NCBI GenBank assembly: GCA_951406725.2
Contig: OX597836.1
Coordinates: 21,142,001 to 21,206,000, forward strand
Length of the DNA: 64,000 nucleotides
Direction of reading: 5' to 3'
Origin: Octopus vulgaris
Lineage: Eukaryota
Shown here: positions 40,579 to 52,294 of the stretch, one piece after another
Layout: every line of letters begins with the position of its first letter
Position numbering within the stretch: position 1 is the stretch's first letter
The notes under the pieces: generated by a model
What the model saw: only the letters and a program-made list of their open reading frames with translations
The model's database searches: none
What the model was told of the DNA's origin: nothing
Made by a program: the position numbers and the translations under genes

Positions 40579-43138
40579 TATATTTAAAAGACCCAGCAAC
40601 CACACAGAGGCCTAATGAAGAGTACTGTTACATTAAATGTTTCAATAGATTGCACAGCTGAGTTCGGGTCTTATACCCAAAGGGTTGTCTGGACAGTAGG
40701 CCACAAAAAAGAAGAAAAAACTATACTAGTGTTCAAATGTTTCACATATTTTGAATGAATCAAGCAAAAAGAGCTGAGGAAACTAACTGCTGGTGTGTAT
40801 GTGGCAAGCCCTCAGTTCCTGTAAAAGTTGTAGAGGCGCCATCATGACATGTAGTACATTTTGGACAGTTTAAAATCTTGTAGAGCCCACCTCTCTTCAG
40901 ATCAAACCACAGCCAGTTTCTTTTAGAGAATGAGGTGGAGTGGACAGAAAAAAATTAACTCCAGTATTAAACCCTGAAAGGATGAAAAGCATAAATGGCC
41001 CCAGTAGGATTTTAAATCTCAGTGTAGAGGGCTGGAATACCACAAAACATGTTCTCTAATACTCTAATGACTCTGCCACCTCATCCAAATTGTCACCTTA
41101 ATTAGCAAGTTAAAGAATTTAAAAGTGGAATAAATTAGTTTGTTTTTGTTTTACTTTTGCTTTCTCTCTTTTTTTTCTTCTTGATGCTCTAATGATTCTG
41201 CCAGCTCACCACTCTTACTAAGAGTAACAGAAGAAATCAGTTAATGAATCACATTTCCATTTTGTTGCTCTCTTAATACTTAGTCATAATCCATCTTAAT
41301 CTTTTGACCAAACTACCAGGAACACTTTTTGGTTGGTATGTCCTGAAATATTCACAATGAATCTACAAACACTAACTAGGAAGAAAATTCAATGACAAAC
41401 TAGAAACCACAAACCATCAATATCATTAATCCCAGATGAACAAATCCGATTCTTTGACTGACATTACTAATGTTTTATATAAAGGTAATCGATCAAATGA
41501 TAGATGGTGATGATGATGATGATGACGCTAAAGCAAGAAACCATTCTTAGCTTGAAAATAGAATAAAATAAGTAAATAACTCCTATTTTCCTGTAATTCA
41601 ATTTTGGCAACTAAAGACAGTTTATCTGTACTTTACATATTTTTCCCGAAAGCAAATGAGAATTCTGATCTGACTTTGCTTTGCATTTACACTAATGTTT
41701 CAATTCCCAGACTGTCAATGCAAACACAAGATTAGCGAATTTGTTAAAAAGCACCACAGTGTTTCACACAAAGGAATCAATTAGTTTTACGTGTCAGTTT
41801 GAGAGGTTTAAGGACACTGGAATAAGTCCAAACTATGAAAGCTCAATACATTTAATACAAGCTAAATAATAGATATCAGAATTAATACTAAATACCATTT
41901 ATGTGTACATTGTATACACACACACATACACAGATAGACAGACATCCACACATACATATTGTGAGACAAACATACAACCACACACATACACTACTAACAT
42001 AGATACAGAGAGACATAAACACACAGCCTCAGAAACATAGCCACTCATACACACTTATTGATTATGGTAGCTGGATATTTGCATAAATAATTAAAAACCA
42101 ATTTTTGGCCATGAAATACTACAAATATTGACTTCATCATAGACAATATATAACTGTATATCAAAAGTTGTGAACATAGAGAGATAAAACATTCATTAAA
42201 ACCAAAATGGATTGAAAATTTATCAAGAAGATATTGTTACCAGCCCATCCTCTGTCAAACCAAGTCACAATTCAACAATAGGTCCTTTTCTTAATAGAAG
42301 CAACATCAATAACTTCATTCATCCACAAGCTAATTAATAGGGCCTCTACATACGACCTTTTAGAAACAGCAGCCAAATCACCCTTAAATCATATTCATTA
42401 GATATTAGAAAGGAAAAAAGACATGTAAGATAATGGTATCCAGGGTACCCCTTCAAGAGCTGGAATGGTCATAGCTTGAATGCTTTTAACCATGAATCTA
42501 TATAACCAGGTCTGATCCAAGACTAAATAACACCACTAATAACAACAAGCTCGTTAATCCCCAAGCACTGAACTGGGTTTCATATGATCAGAGATTAGTG
42601 TAAAAGAACCACAACCGTCATAATCTACCACAGGAGTCTCCCACCACCCAGCCACGGACCAGTACTGGGTCATGGATAATTTGGTGTCAGGCCTCACAAA
42701 AAAAAATAAATCTTTTGAGATGTATTATACATATTACAATAGAATAATTACATCTGCATTGTATATGTAATGATTAAATTATATATTATGCATTTTATTG
42801 TGTTTTGTTATGCACTTGATCCTCCAGTTCATAGGAAAATTGTCTTGCAGGAAACCAGTTTGGAGATTGCTGTGCCAACAGACAAGTCACTTGCCTCCAC
42901 GGTGCCTCCTAACACCACCACTAGAGCAAAAAGAAAAAAAACACATTCCCAGACTGTTATACTGCATCTCTTATAATAAATTCCTACAGGTGTTTTAAAT
43001 ACACAGTACGATCCTCAACAAGAGGTAAACAGGTAAAAACATTGGCTAATGTAGTCCTAGATATACAACACTTGAGAGAAGAATTGCACAGATGAGGGAG
43101 AACACTTTTGTTCAATCATAAGTCTGCTTTGTAAGAGA

Positions 43139-43295
43139 AGGCTGTGTGATAAGTAGCTTGCTTACCAACCACATGGTTCCGGGTTCAGTCCCACTGCGTG
43201 GCATCTTGGGCAAGTGTCTTCTGCTATAGCCCCGGGCCGACCAATGCCTTGTGAGTGGATTTGGTAGACGGAAACTGAAAGAAGCCTGTCGTATA

Positions 43296-43332
<37 letters not shown>

Positions 43333-43555
43333 GTGTGTGTTTGTGTGTCTGTGTTTGTCCCCCAGCATTGCTTGACAACCGATGCTGGTGTGTTTACGTC
43401 CCCGTCACTTAGCAGTTCGGCAAAAGAGACCGATAGAATAAGTACTGGGCTTACAAAGAATAAGTCCCGGGGTCGATTTGCTCAACTAAAGGTAATGCTC
43501 CAGCATGGCTGCAGTCAAATGACTGAAACAAGTAAAAGAGTAAAAGAGAGAGAGT
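43139..43555 (+). repeat. Young major SINE lacking the first ~11 nt of the head
   Basis: Colinear with 32458-32883 from ggctgtgtg onward. Confidence 0.9.
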
Positions 43556-43957
43556 ATGCCTAATCAATAATAATTCCAAATCTTTACAAGTCTTAAGACA
43601 TCTCTCTACTCATCTCGCTACATTCTTAGCCCAACCTTTGGCTTACTTTTCAAGTCAATCACCAATTTTAAGCTTTTCTAAGTTATGTCTTAACTAACTG
43701 CTTTTCACTTACATTTTCTCTTACTTTCTCATAGCCAATTTACCAATCTATCCGTCTCGTGTATTATCTCAGTTCACAACACACACACATCACACAACTT
43801 CTCATTCTATCTTTATTGTCCTATCTTTTACACATTAAACCACACAACTAGCAAATGGAATTCCCTACTTCCCCAGCACCAATACACAATGCCCACTTTT
43901 CATATATTCAGCTCACAAGATCTCTTTCTTTCTGACATATGCCTGTATGTATGTGCA

Positions 43958-44006
<49 letters not shown>

Positions 44007-45258
44007 GAATAGCAATTGCGAAACCGGTCGATATATTAAAAATTATATTAAAACCATGTAAGTGTGCATATTTTCCTTTTTTAATTTCTTATATATATAT
44101 ATATATATACACACACGTGTGTGTGTGTAGAGAGAGAGAGAGAGAGTAAGAGAGTGAGAGAGACAGACAGAAACACATGCATTCACCACCACACTTTTAG
44201 AGCTTCTAAATACTGTATCACTTCCCAAGATCTTTTGGTTTTTTTCCTAAAAACATTCTTAGATACCAAGAAATTCTAAATCTAAACAGCGTATTAGGAG
44301 AGGCTATTACATATACATATATATATATATTATATATGATTTATTATATATAGGAAGTGATGGACAGATATTGTGAATATTTTGAAGCTTACCGAGACAT
44401 AAGTGACAGACAAAAACCTACCTCTAGGCTATAATATGCATGAATTACAAATAACATTTCTTTCCCACTTCAAACCCTGAGGACTAATAGATAGATAGAA
44501 CTTTATTTTTCTTTTAACTCTGTCCGTCTGTATCTCTAACTCTCTCGAGATATATATATATAGAGAGAGAGAGAGTGGTACAAATGTGTGATTAAGAAGT
44601 ATGCTTCCCAACTGTGTGGTTTTGAGTTCAGTCCCACTGCGTAGCACCTTAGGCAAGTGTCTCTCTCCTACTGCAGCCTCGGACCAACCAATGCTTCATG
44701 ATTGGATTTGGTAGACAGAAAATTAAAGAAGCTTATCGTCTGTCTGTGTATGTATTGATGGCTAGAAGGAAGGAAGGAGAGAGGGAAGTGCTGCATCACA
44801 CAAGTAGTGTTGTCCATTTCCAATCTTCTGACAAAATATGTCCGGACATAGAGATATAGTGCTTTGGAAACAGGTGAGGGTAAGCATCAGGAAGGGTAGC
44901 TGGCCATAGAAAATCTGTCTTCAAGATTTTAAAGTTGTGATTGTTAATTCGTAGAATGACAATGTAGGGGAGGTGTGAAAGGCCAGATTTGGCCGTTTTG
45001 AACATAAAATAGGTAGAATATTTGGGCCTGATATCTTCTACTTGTTTCAGTCATCAGGTTGCGGCCATGCTGGGGCACTGCCTTGAAAAATTTTTCAGTC
45101 AGATGAATCAACCTCAGTACTTACTTTTTAAGCCTCATCCTTACTCCATCCGTCTCTTTTATCAAACTAAGTTACAGGGATGTAAACACAAAAACACCAG
45201 TTGTCAAGCAGTGAGGTGGGGGACAAACACAGATGCAAAGATATATACAAATAAATAC

Positions 45259-45710
45259 ATATAAATTAAAGGAAGAGGAAAACAAAACCAAGGCAGGGCA
45301 AGCTTATTAGATCATTCAAATTATTTTAATTATTATAATGGTGCTTTCAAGTAATCAAAAGTAAATAATAATGTCTAGCAGCTGTTTCTGGGATATCCCA
45401 GATAATGGATCGATGTGATGACCAACATTTCCATATACTGGGTATTCTGTCATTGGAGACAAGATATATAAGCAGGAAATTTCTATGTGAGAAAATTTAA
45501 ATGATCTGATAAGCTTATCCTGCCTTGGTTTTGTTTTCCTCTTCCTTTAATTTATATCCGCTGACTCAGAAGTAGGCTATATGACTCCCCAGCTCTGTCC
45601 CCCATTGTGAACATGGGTCCTAGTGGCTTATCAATTGGAGCACTTACACAGCATGCCTATTAGTTTGGATCACTAGTGGCCTAAACCCTTTCTTATTCTC
45701 TCTCTCATAT
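45259..45710 (-). mobile_element. Asymmetric fold-back pLTR-like element (arms 45259-45322 / 45494-45557)
   Basis: ~64-bp inverted arms; the spacer holds a minus-strand hammerhead-like motif at 45372-45461 (TGTCT-CCAATGA-long stem II-GAA-ACAGCTGC-T-AGACA). Confidence 0.6.
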
Positions 45711-45711
45711 A

Positions 45712-46049
45712 GTACCCGGTATGGGCCCCTATCCAGGGTTACGGAAAAGGAGACAACCTTGAAAGAAATCCGGAGTGGAGCCCTGTAGGTGGTTTAGTGT
45801 TCAACTCGACACTCTTCCGGCAGCTCCTGCAACCAAGCTGGTGCCAAACGCAATGCTCTGCATTCCTTTAGACTACATCAGCAAGGTTGAGAGAGGAATC
45901 CTAACGATTGGGCTACCCAGGATTTTCTTACATCTAGCCCAGGCCTGCGCAAAACTGGAGAGGAAACTGGAGAGGACATGAAATGTAAAAACCAGACTGG
46001 ATTAGTTTATGCGCAACTCCATTGTCTCCCGAGACAAAAAGATGCCAAC
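45712..46049 (+). repeat. GC-richer repeat fragment, possibly a LINE 5'UTR
   Basis: Abrupt GC/CpG increase between AT-rich flanks; no credible ORF; assignment from resemblance only. Confidence 0.3.
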
Positions 46050-46279
46050 ATATATACATACACACACACACATGATGGGCTTCTTTCAGTTTCCATCTGC
46101 CAAATCAACTCACAAGGCTTTGGTTAGGGCTCCATGCTATAGTAGAAGACACTTGCCCAAGATGTCACGCAGTGGGACTGTACCCAGAACCATGTGGGTG
46201 GGAAGCGAGCTTCTTGCCATACAGCCACGCCTGCAACTATATGCCCAGTTTAATAATTAACATTTTATATGTCAATAAA

Positions 46280-46740
46280 CATTGAGTTGACAGAGTTTGC
46301 CAACGACTCTCAACATCATCATGAAATTCCAAACAAAAATGGCTAACAAAGATTTCTCTGACTTCATAACCAAGTCATGAACTTAAAGAGTAAAGAGTAA
46401 TGGGAAATCAGTTTAGTGTCCAACCCAATGGCAGGAACAAAATACCTACGGAAAATCAAATTCAGAAGCTATGAGCAGGTAGTCAAATACTTTATCAATT
46501 TGGTTGCTGTTTTTTTAATTTTTGCTTTTTGCCTGTTTTGAAGGTTTTTCTCTTTCTTTCAGATTATGTATTTTGTGATCAATAGCTGTATTGGTTATAG
46601 GTTTCCAATGAGCCAATTACTGGTTTACAACATTTCTAATAGTAAGAATGATAAGAGTGTCTGTGCAACTCATGCGAAATAAATGCCACGAGGTAGTCTT
46701 AGTTTGATATGATGGTTTTTATCACCTATGTGTATACCTT
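46280..46740. repeat. Unclassified ~450-bp repeat, copy 1 (copy 2 at 50210-50645, same orientation)
   Basis: Colinear with 50210-50645, including an identical block ttttgtgatcaatagctg..tttacaacatttct. Confidence 0.85.
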
Positions 46741-47081
46741 TTTACATACATTATGAAGGAATGAAGGAAAGAAAGAAAGACACATACACACATGTAGGCA
46801 CACATACAATCAACGGGAAAGATGTTTTCTTTGAAATTACAAGGTCACAGGTTTAGGAGCTCAGTTCCCCATTAACATAGCCTAAAGACCTCAATGATAA
46901 AAGAAGCAATTATATTGAAGAACATATTTCAAATGAAATACACTGTGTGTTTCAATTAGTTTTGAACATAATAAAATATTTGGAGAAATCTAATAGCTAA
47001 CATTTTCATTATCAAGCTAAAGTTCATTAAAGATTTCTTTAGTAAGATGTAGTCTTTAGCACAAAATTGGAAAGGCATAAA

Positions 47082-47243
47082 TACTCTTACTCTTTTACTT
47101 GTTTCAGTCATTTGACTGCGGCCATGCTGGAGCACTGCCTTTAGTCTAGCAAATCGACCCCGGGACTTATTCTTTCAGTGGGACTGAACCCGGAACCAAG
47201 TGGTTGGTTAGCAAGCTACTTACCACGCAGCCACTCCTGCGCC
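47082..47243 (-). repeat. Young major SINE with a large internal deletion (head fused to tail)
   Basis: Junction cgggacttattcttt|cagtgggactgaacc; ataaat repeated on both sides (possible TSD). Confidence 0.85.
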
Positions 47244-47256
47244 TATAAATCTAGCG

Positions 47257-47310
47257 TTCCCATGCCGGGAATCGAACCCGGGCCGCCTGGGTGAAAGCCA
47301 GGAATCCTGG
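47257..47310 (-). tRNA. tRNA-Glu-TTC: 5'-truncated tRNA-Glu(TTC) pseudogene
   Basis: AGGATT-CCTGG-CT TTC AC-CCAGG-CGGC-CCGGG TTCGATT CCCGG-CATGGGA-A: perfect anticodon and T arms and 3' acceptor strand; 5' acceptor strand and most of the D arm absent; no CCA. Confidence 0.9.
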
Positions 47311-47354
47311 TTCAGTTTCTTGGGGAAAATTACAGTTAAAATATTGAGTGGTTA

Positions 47355-47597
47355 CAGTGGTTCTCAACTGGGGTCCATATGGCCCATGGGGGTCCACATA
47401 GGATTTTGTTGTTAAAATTTATCTGCAATAAATTGGTTATACTTCAACAATACACAGAATATTTAAACAATTTTTTATACAATACCTATAATATTTCATT
47501 AAGAAAATATAATATGGTTTTTAAAAATATGAATGGCTATCAGAGCCCACCTGAATGAAATAAGGGTTCATAGGTAAAAAGTGGTTGAGAACCACTG
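47355..47597. mobile_element. hAT-like MITE
   Basis: Perfect TIRs cagtggttctcaac / gttgagaaccactg; TSD only partly recognisable (ggtta). Confidence 0.8.
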
Positions 47598-47980
47598 GGT
47601 TAACATATAGCTGTCTTTGTGAGAGAGAGAAGTGGGGCAGAACAAAAGCAGGTGAGGAAGTAATATAGAGGACGATGAGAGGAAAGGAGAACAGTATTTC
47701 TTATTCCTCTCATTAAAATTCTGTCATTAAAAGAAAGATTAGTTTTAACATCTATTTTTCCATGCCTGCAATGGATTAGACAGATTTTGTTGAGGCAGAT
47801 TTTCTACAGTCAGATGCCCTTTCTGTTGCCAACCCTAACCTATTTCCAACCCATTACCAGTTATGTTTTTGTAGACTAGAAACAAAGGAAACTACTTATA
47901 TGACAGTGATACTCGTTTACAATTATCGGGATGTCAAAGCAAGGAGATAGTAATGCATATACACACACATTTTATATATA

Positions 47981-48365
47981 TATATAAAATGAAAATATAC
48001 AGCAGTTTGCAATGTTTTACCAAAAAGGAAGACGTAATTGTCACTAAATGCAACTAGGTTGTTAGAAACACCTACATTGCTAGAAATAAGAGCTAAAATG
48101 ATCTAATGCTGTTGTCAAGGCACATAACTGTATACATATATACAGACAGGGACTATAATCATCCAAAAACACCGTTTGAAAATTCCTTATACTGAATTCA
48201 GTTTCAGCAATTTCCGTTGCCTCGTTAGTAAGGACTGGCTCTACTTCAGATGATTTCAGACTTACTTCTCTGTTTTTATATATGTTTTCATCATAGAAAT
48301 CTATGGATGATTTAGTAAATCGCTAATGTGTATACATAAAATTGAAATATACAGCAGTTTGCGAT
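47981..48365 (-). mobile_element. ~352-nt direct-repeat-bounded unit with a hammerhead (retrozyme or pLTR-like)
   Basis: aaatatacagcagtttgc at 47993 and 48345; inserted in a TA/CA tract; contains the motif at 48184-48234. Confidence 0.6.
48184..48234 (-). ncRNA. Type I hammerhead ribozyme motif, one core substitution (G5A)
   Basis: TCCTTA-CTAACGA-GGCAA cggaaa TTGCT-GAA-ACTG aatt CAGT-A-TAAGGA: 6-bp stem I, 5-bp stem II, 4-bp palindromic stem III, GUA cleavage triplet. Confidence 0.8.
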
Positions 48366-48452
48366 ACACACACACAACAGGCTTCTCATATTCTGATTAG
48401 CAAATCTACTCACAAGGCTTTGATTGGCCTGGGACTATAGTAGAAGACACTA

Positions 48453-48685
48453 AAGGCGGCGAGCTGGCAGAAACGTTAGTGCGCCGGGCGAAATGCGTAG
48501 AAGTATCTCGTCTGTCGTTACATTCTGAGTTCAAATTCCACCGAGATTGACTTTGCCTTTCATCCTTTCGGGGTCAATAAATAAAGTACCAGTTTCGCAC
48601 TGGGGTCAATGTAATCAACTTAATTCCTTTGTCTGTCCTTGTTTGTCCCCTCAATGTTTAGTCCCTTGTGGGTAGTAAAGAAATA
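48453..48685 (+). repeat. Young Meta-domain SINE nested in an older major SINE
   Basis: ggcggcgagctggcagaaacgttag head; perfect 17-bp TSD tatagtagaagacacta (48436-48452, 48686-48702). Confidence 0.9.
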
Positions 48686-49892
48686 TATAGTAGAAGACAC
48701 TAGCCCAAGGAGCCACACCATGGGACTGAACTCAAAGCCATGTGGTTAAGAAGTAAACTTGTTACTACACAGTTGGGTTTGTGCTTTTTTACATAAAATT
48801 ATTATAAAAGGTTTGCGTTTAACTAAAAAACATTTTTAAAATGGGAGCTTTTGTATTATAAAACTAGGAAAAAGCTCAGGCAGGTTCATATCAAAAGAGA
48901 CACCAAGACAATATTGCCAAGTCAACAAAATCTATAGTAATTCCAAGTTCGAATTATTATTAAAAAGAGAATATTGATTTCATTTCTTTACTTCTAAAAG
49001 ACTGAAAGTTATAGACAAGTTCTTTTACCACACCATCTCTGGTTTCCTTTCAGACAAGCGAAATAAATCAGACGAGGAAAATAAAACGTAATATAAAATG
49101 AGGTTATGTAATTTTGTTGTTTATTGATTATCTGTAATATTGCAATGAAAAGAGGTAATAAAAGTGATGCACTTAAGACAATTGCAGTTCAAGCACTGTC
49201 ATCAATGCTACTATTTTAATATACAAGAAATCTTTTCACTTGTTATCAAGTAGAACATTTACTATAAACTAACAAGTGCCATTGATAGCCTTATATGAAA
49301 ATGCTTAATGAAGTAAGGAGGGGATGACCAAAATGAGAAAAATCTAATAATGGTGATGATGGTGGTGGTAAAGGAGGTGGAGGTGACAGTGATGAAGATG
49401 TGAAATATTTAGAGCAAAAAGTAGGTGATTGAATAAGAGTGAAAATGAGAAGGGTGCAATTAAGTAAAAAGACTAATCTGGAGAAGTTGTTGTTGTTGTC
49501 ATTTAACCCCAGGTCGGCCCTGATCGAGAGGATATATGATGAAAGGCATTCCAACCAAGACACTCCTGTCTTTTTAAAAGTATCGAAGAATACAAAGTTC
49601 ATTCCAGAAGGTGTAAAACTTTTTTTTAGAAAAGCCATCATAACTATCCTATATTATTGTGATTTTATTATATCAATACTATACATCTAATAAGCTTACT
49701 TGCCAAGGCAATATTTCCCCATTGCTTGATATGTTTTTGCAGAATATTGGAAATGAATTGCATCCATTTACAACAATGACAAGGAAAAAAACATACACAT
49801 TATTTGGATTATATATATATATATATATACATACACACACACACATGCACATATATATATACACATACATAAACATAATACATACACACATG

Positions 49893-49929
<37 letters not shown>

Positions 49930-50209
49930 ACACATACATAAACATACATACACACATACAAAATGGGGTTGTTTTAATTTCTATCTACCAAATCAACTCA
50001 CAAGGCTTTGGTCAGCCCAGAGCTAGAAAAGACATTTTGCCCAAGATATCGTGCAGTGGGACTGAACCCAAAACCAAGTGGTTAGGAAGAAAACTCTTAA
50101 ATCACACGGCCATGCCTGCACCTAATCTTTTTTGTTTTTTGTTTTTTTGTTCTTTTTTTTTTAAGTCATCTGCACTGGTACAAGCAAGGAATCTCAACTT
50201 AGAATCAAA

Positions 50210-50645
50210 ATTGAGTTATAGACACAATTTCCCAACAATTCTCTACGTCATTACCATGAGATTCCAAACAAAAGTGGCTAATGAAGATTCTTCTTAATTT
50301 GTAACCAAGACAAGAATTTGAAAGGAAAGAGTAATGCGAAATCACTTTAGTGTACAACCCACAGATAAAACAAAATGCCTTCAGCAAATCAAATTCGGAA
50401 GCTAAGAATAGTTAGTCAAATACTTTGATCAATTTAGCCACCAATTTTTTTTTTTTTGTTTTTGCTTTTACATCATGCATTTTGTGATCAATAGCTGTAT
50501 TGGTTATAGGTTTCCAATGAGCCAATTACTGGTTTACAACATTTCTGATGGTGAGAATGATAAGAGTGTCCATGCAACTCATGCAGAATAAATACAAGGT
50601 AGTCTTAGTTTGGTATGATGGTTTTATTGCCAATGTGTGTGCCTA
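50210..50645. repeat. Unclassified ~450-bp repeat, copy 2
   Basis: Colinear with 46280-46740. Confidence 0.85.
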
Positions 50646-50892
50646 ACTTTTGCTCAAAGAATCAGACATTCACAAGCGATTAGCTGAACCAAAGCTACAA
50701 TAGAAAACACTTTACCCAAAGTGCCACATAGTGGGATCAAAGCCAGTCATGCATATACCAAGCTAACTTTTGTCTTAAGAAACATAACAAAAGACTAAAA
50801 TTGATTATTTACACCATAGTGTATGTGTGTGCACATATATACATACATACACGCACACATATACATCTCTATATACATACACACACATAGAC

Positions 50893-52230
50893 CATCATCA
50901 TCATTTAACGTTCATTGCCCATGTTGGCATGGTATGACCAGAGCTGGCAAGCTGCATCAGACTCCAGTCTGATTTGGCATTGCTTCTATGGCTGGATGCC
51001 CTTCCTAACACCAACCACTTTACAGAGTGTGCTAGGTGCTTTTACGTGACACACAGGTGCTTTTATGGGTGCTTTTACATGGTACCACATGGGCACTTTT
51101 ATGTAGTGTCGCACAGGCACACTTTTACATGGCATCGCACGGTCTCTTTTACATGACACCACACTGACACCTTTACATGTCGCCGTATGGGCGCTTTTAT
51201 GTGCCGCCATACAGGCACTTTTACATGGCACCACATGGGTGTTTTTACATGGTACCACATGGGCACTTTTATGTAGTGTCGCACAGGCACACTTTTACAT
51301 GACACCACACTGACACTTTTACATGCTGCCGTATACATGCTTTTATGTGCCACCATACAGGCACTTTTACATGGCACCACACAAGTGTTTTCACATGGTA
51401 CCACCATGCTTTTACATGGTACACTTCTGTTACTGAGTATGGGTCTTCTTGAGCACAGCAAGGTGCTAAGTACTTCAGTCCTTTGTCATCTCACCTGAAA
51501 GGTTCAGCTTCCTGAGGTCATTCTTCAGTACTTAATTATGTCTTCTTGAGTCTCCCACTTCCGTGTGTTTCATCCACTTTGAGAGATAAGCACTTCTTTA
51601 CGGAGCTGTCGACATCCATCCACATCTAATGACCAAACCAGCACAGTCTTCTCTCTTGCACACAGCAACCAATTCCTCTTATGCCTAACTTCTCTCTCGA
51701 AACACTGGCATTCTGTCAAACATGTACACTTACATTACATATCCAATGGAGCATTACTAACCTCGTTCTTTTCTAACCTTTGCATGTCCTCTGCATTCAG
51801 AACCCACATCTCACTACCATGTAGAATTGCTGTCCATATACATGCATCATACAATCTTCCTTTCACTCAGAGAGAGAAAACCTTTGTAGCCAACAGAGGT
51901 AACAGCTCTCTGAATTTCCTCCTTCCTATTCTTATTCTAGCTATCACACTCTCTGCATTTCCTCCCCCCACCCCTACTACTAATTTAGTCCCCTAGGTAG
52001 CAGAAATTATTTACTATCTCTAATGAGCCACCTAGGCATTTGAGAGAATCACTTTCCCAAGTCTCTAAAGTTTTTATAGATCCTGTACATCTTCCACATA
52101 TGAAAACTATCTTCTCTGACAAACTTCCAATTAACCCACTGCACCATATGTACACCATATGGAATTCCTGCCTACACCTTTCCTACAAATCGAACAGGAC
52201 CACCTACCTGAGATGGGTAGGGTCCTGCCA
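50893..52230 (-). mobile_element. 5'-truncated RTE-clade LINE: ORF C-terminus, 3'UTR with minisatellite, (GAT)n tail
   Basis: Decayed translation GRWSCSICRKGVGRNSI..FICGRC..LEIVNNFCYLGD..ARIRIGRRKFRELLPLL..KGRLYDAC..LHGSEMW..QERRLCWFGH..GSGRLKKT; ends gaacgttaaat(gat)n. Confidence 0.9.
51034..51425. repeat. ~20-25-bp minisatellite with a higher-order duplication inside the LINE 3'UTR
   Basis: Roughly 17-18 monomers of (g/a)cttttacatggcaccaca type; 51073-51243 is repeated at 51244-51390 minus one monomer. Confidence 0.9.
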
Positions 52231-52259
52231 GTTTTACATACACACACACAAACAAACAA

Positions 52260-52290
<31 letters not shown>

Positions 52291-52294
<4 letters not shown>

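Noticed and set aside
47257-47330. Functional tRNA-Glu gene
   Set aside because: The 5' acceptor strand and A box/D arm are replaced by unrelated sequence.
49659-50297. 212-aa ORF, and similar ORFs at 23658-24036, 32420-32695, 43112-43563, 53152-53611 and 54734-54998
   Set aside because: Translations of (TA)n/(CA)n tracts and SINE bodies ([16 protein letters not shown] patterns).
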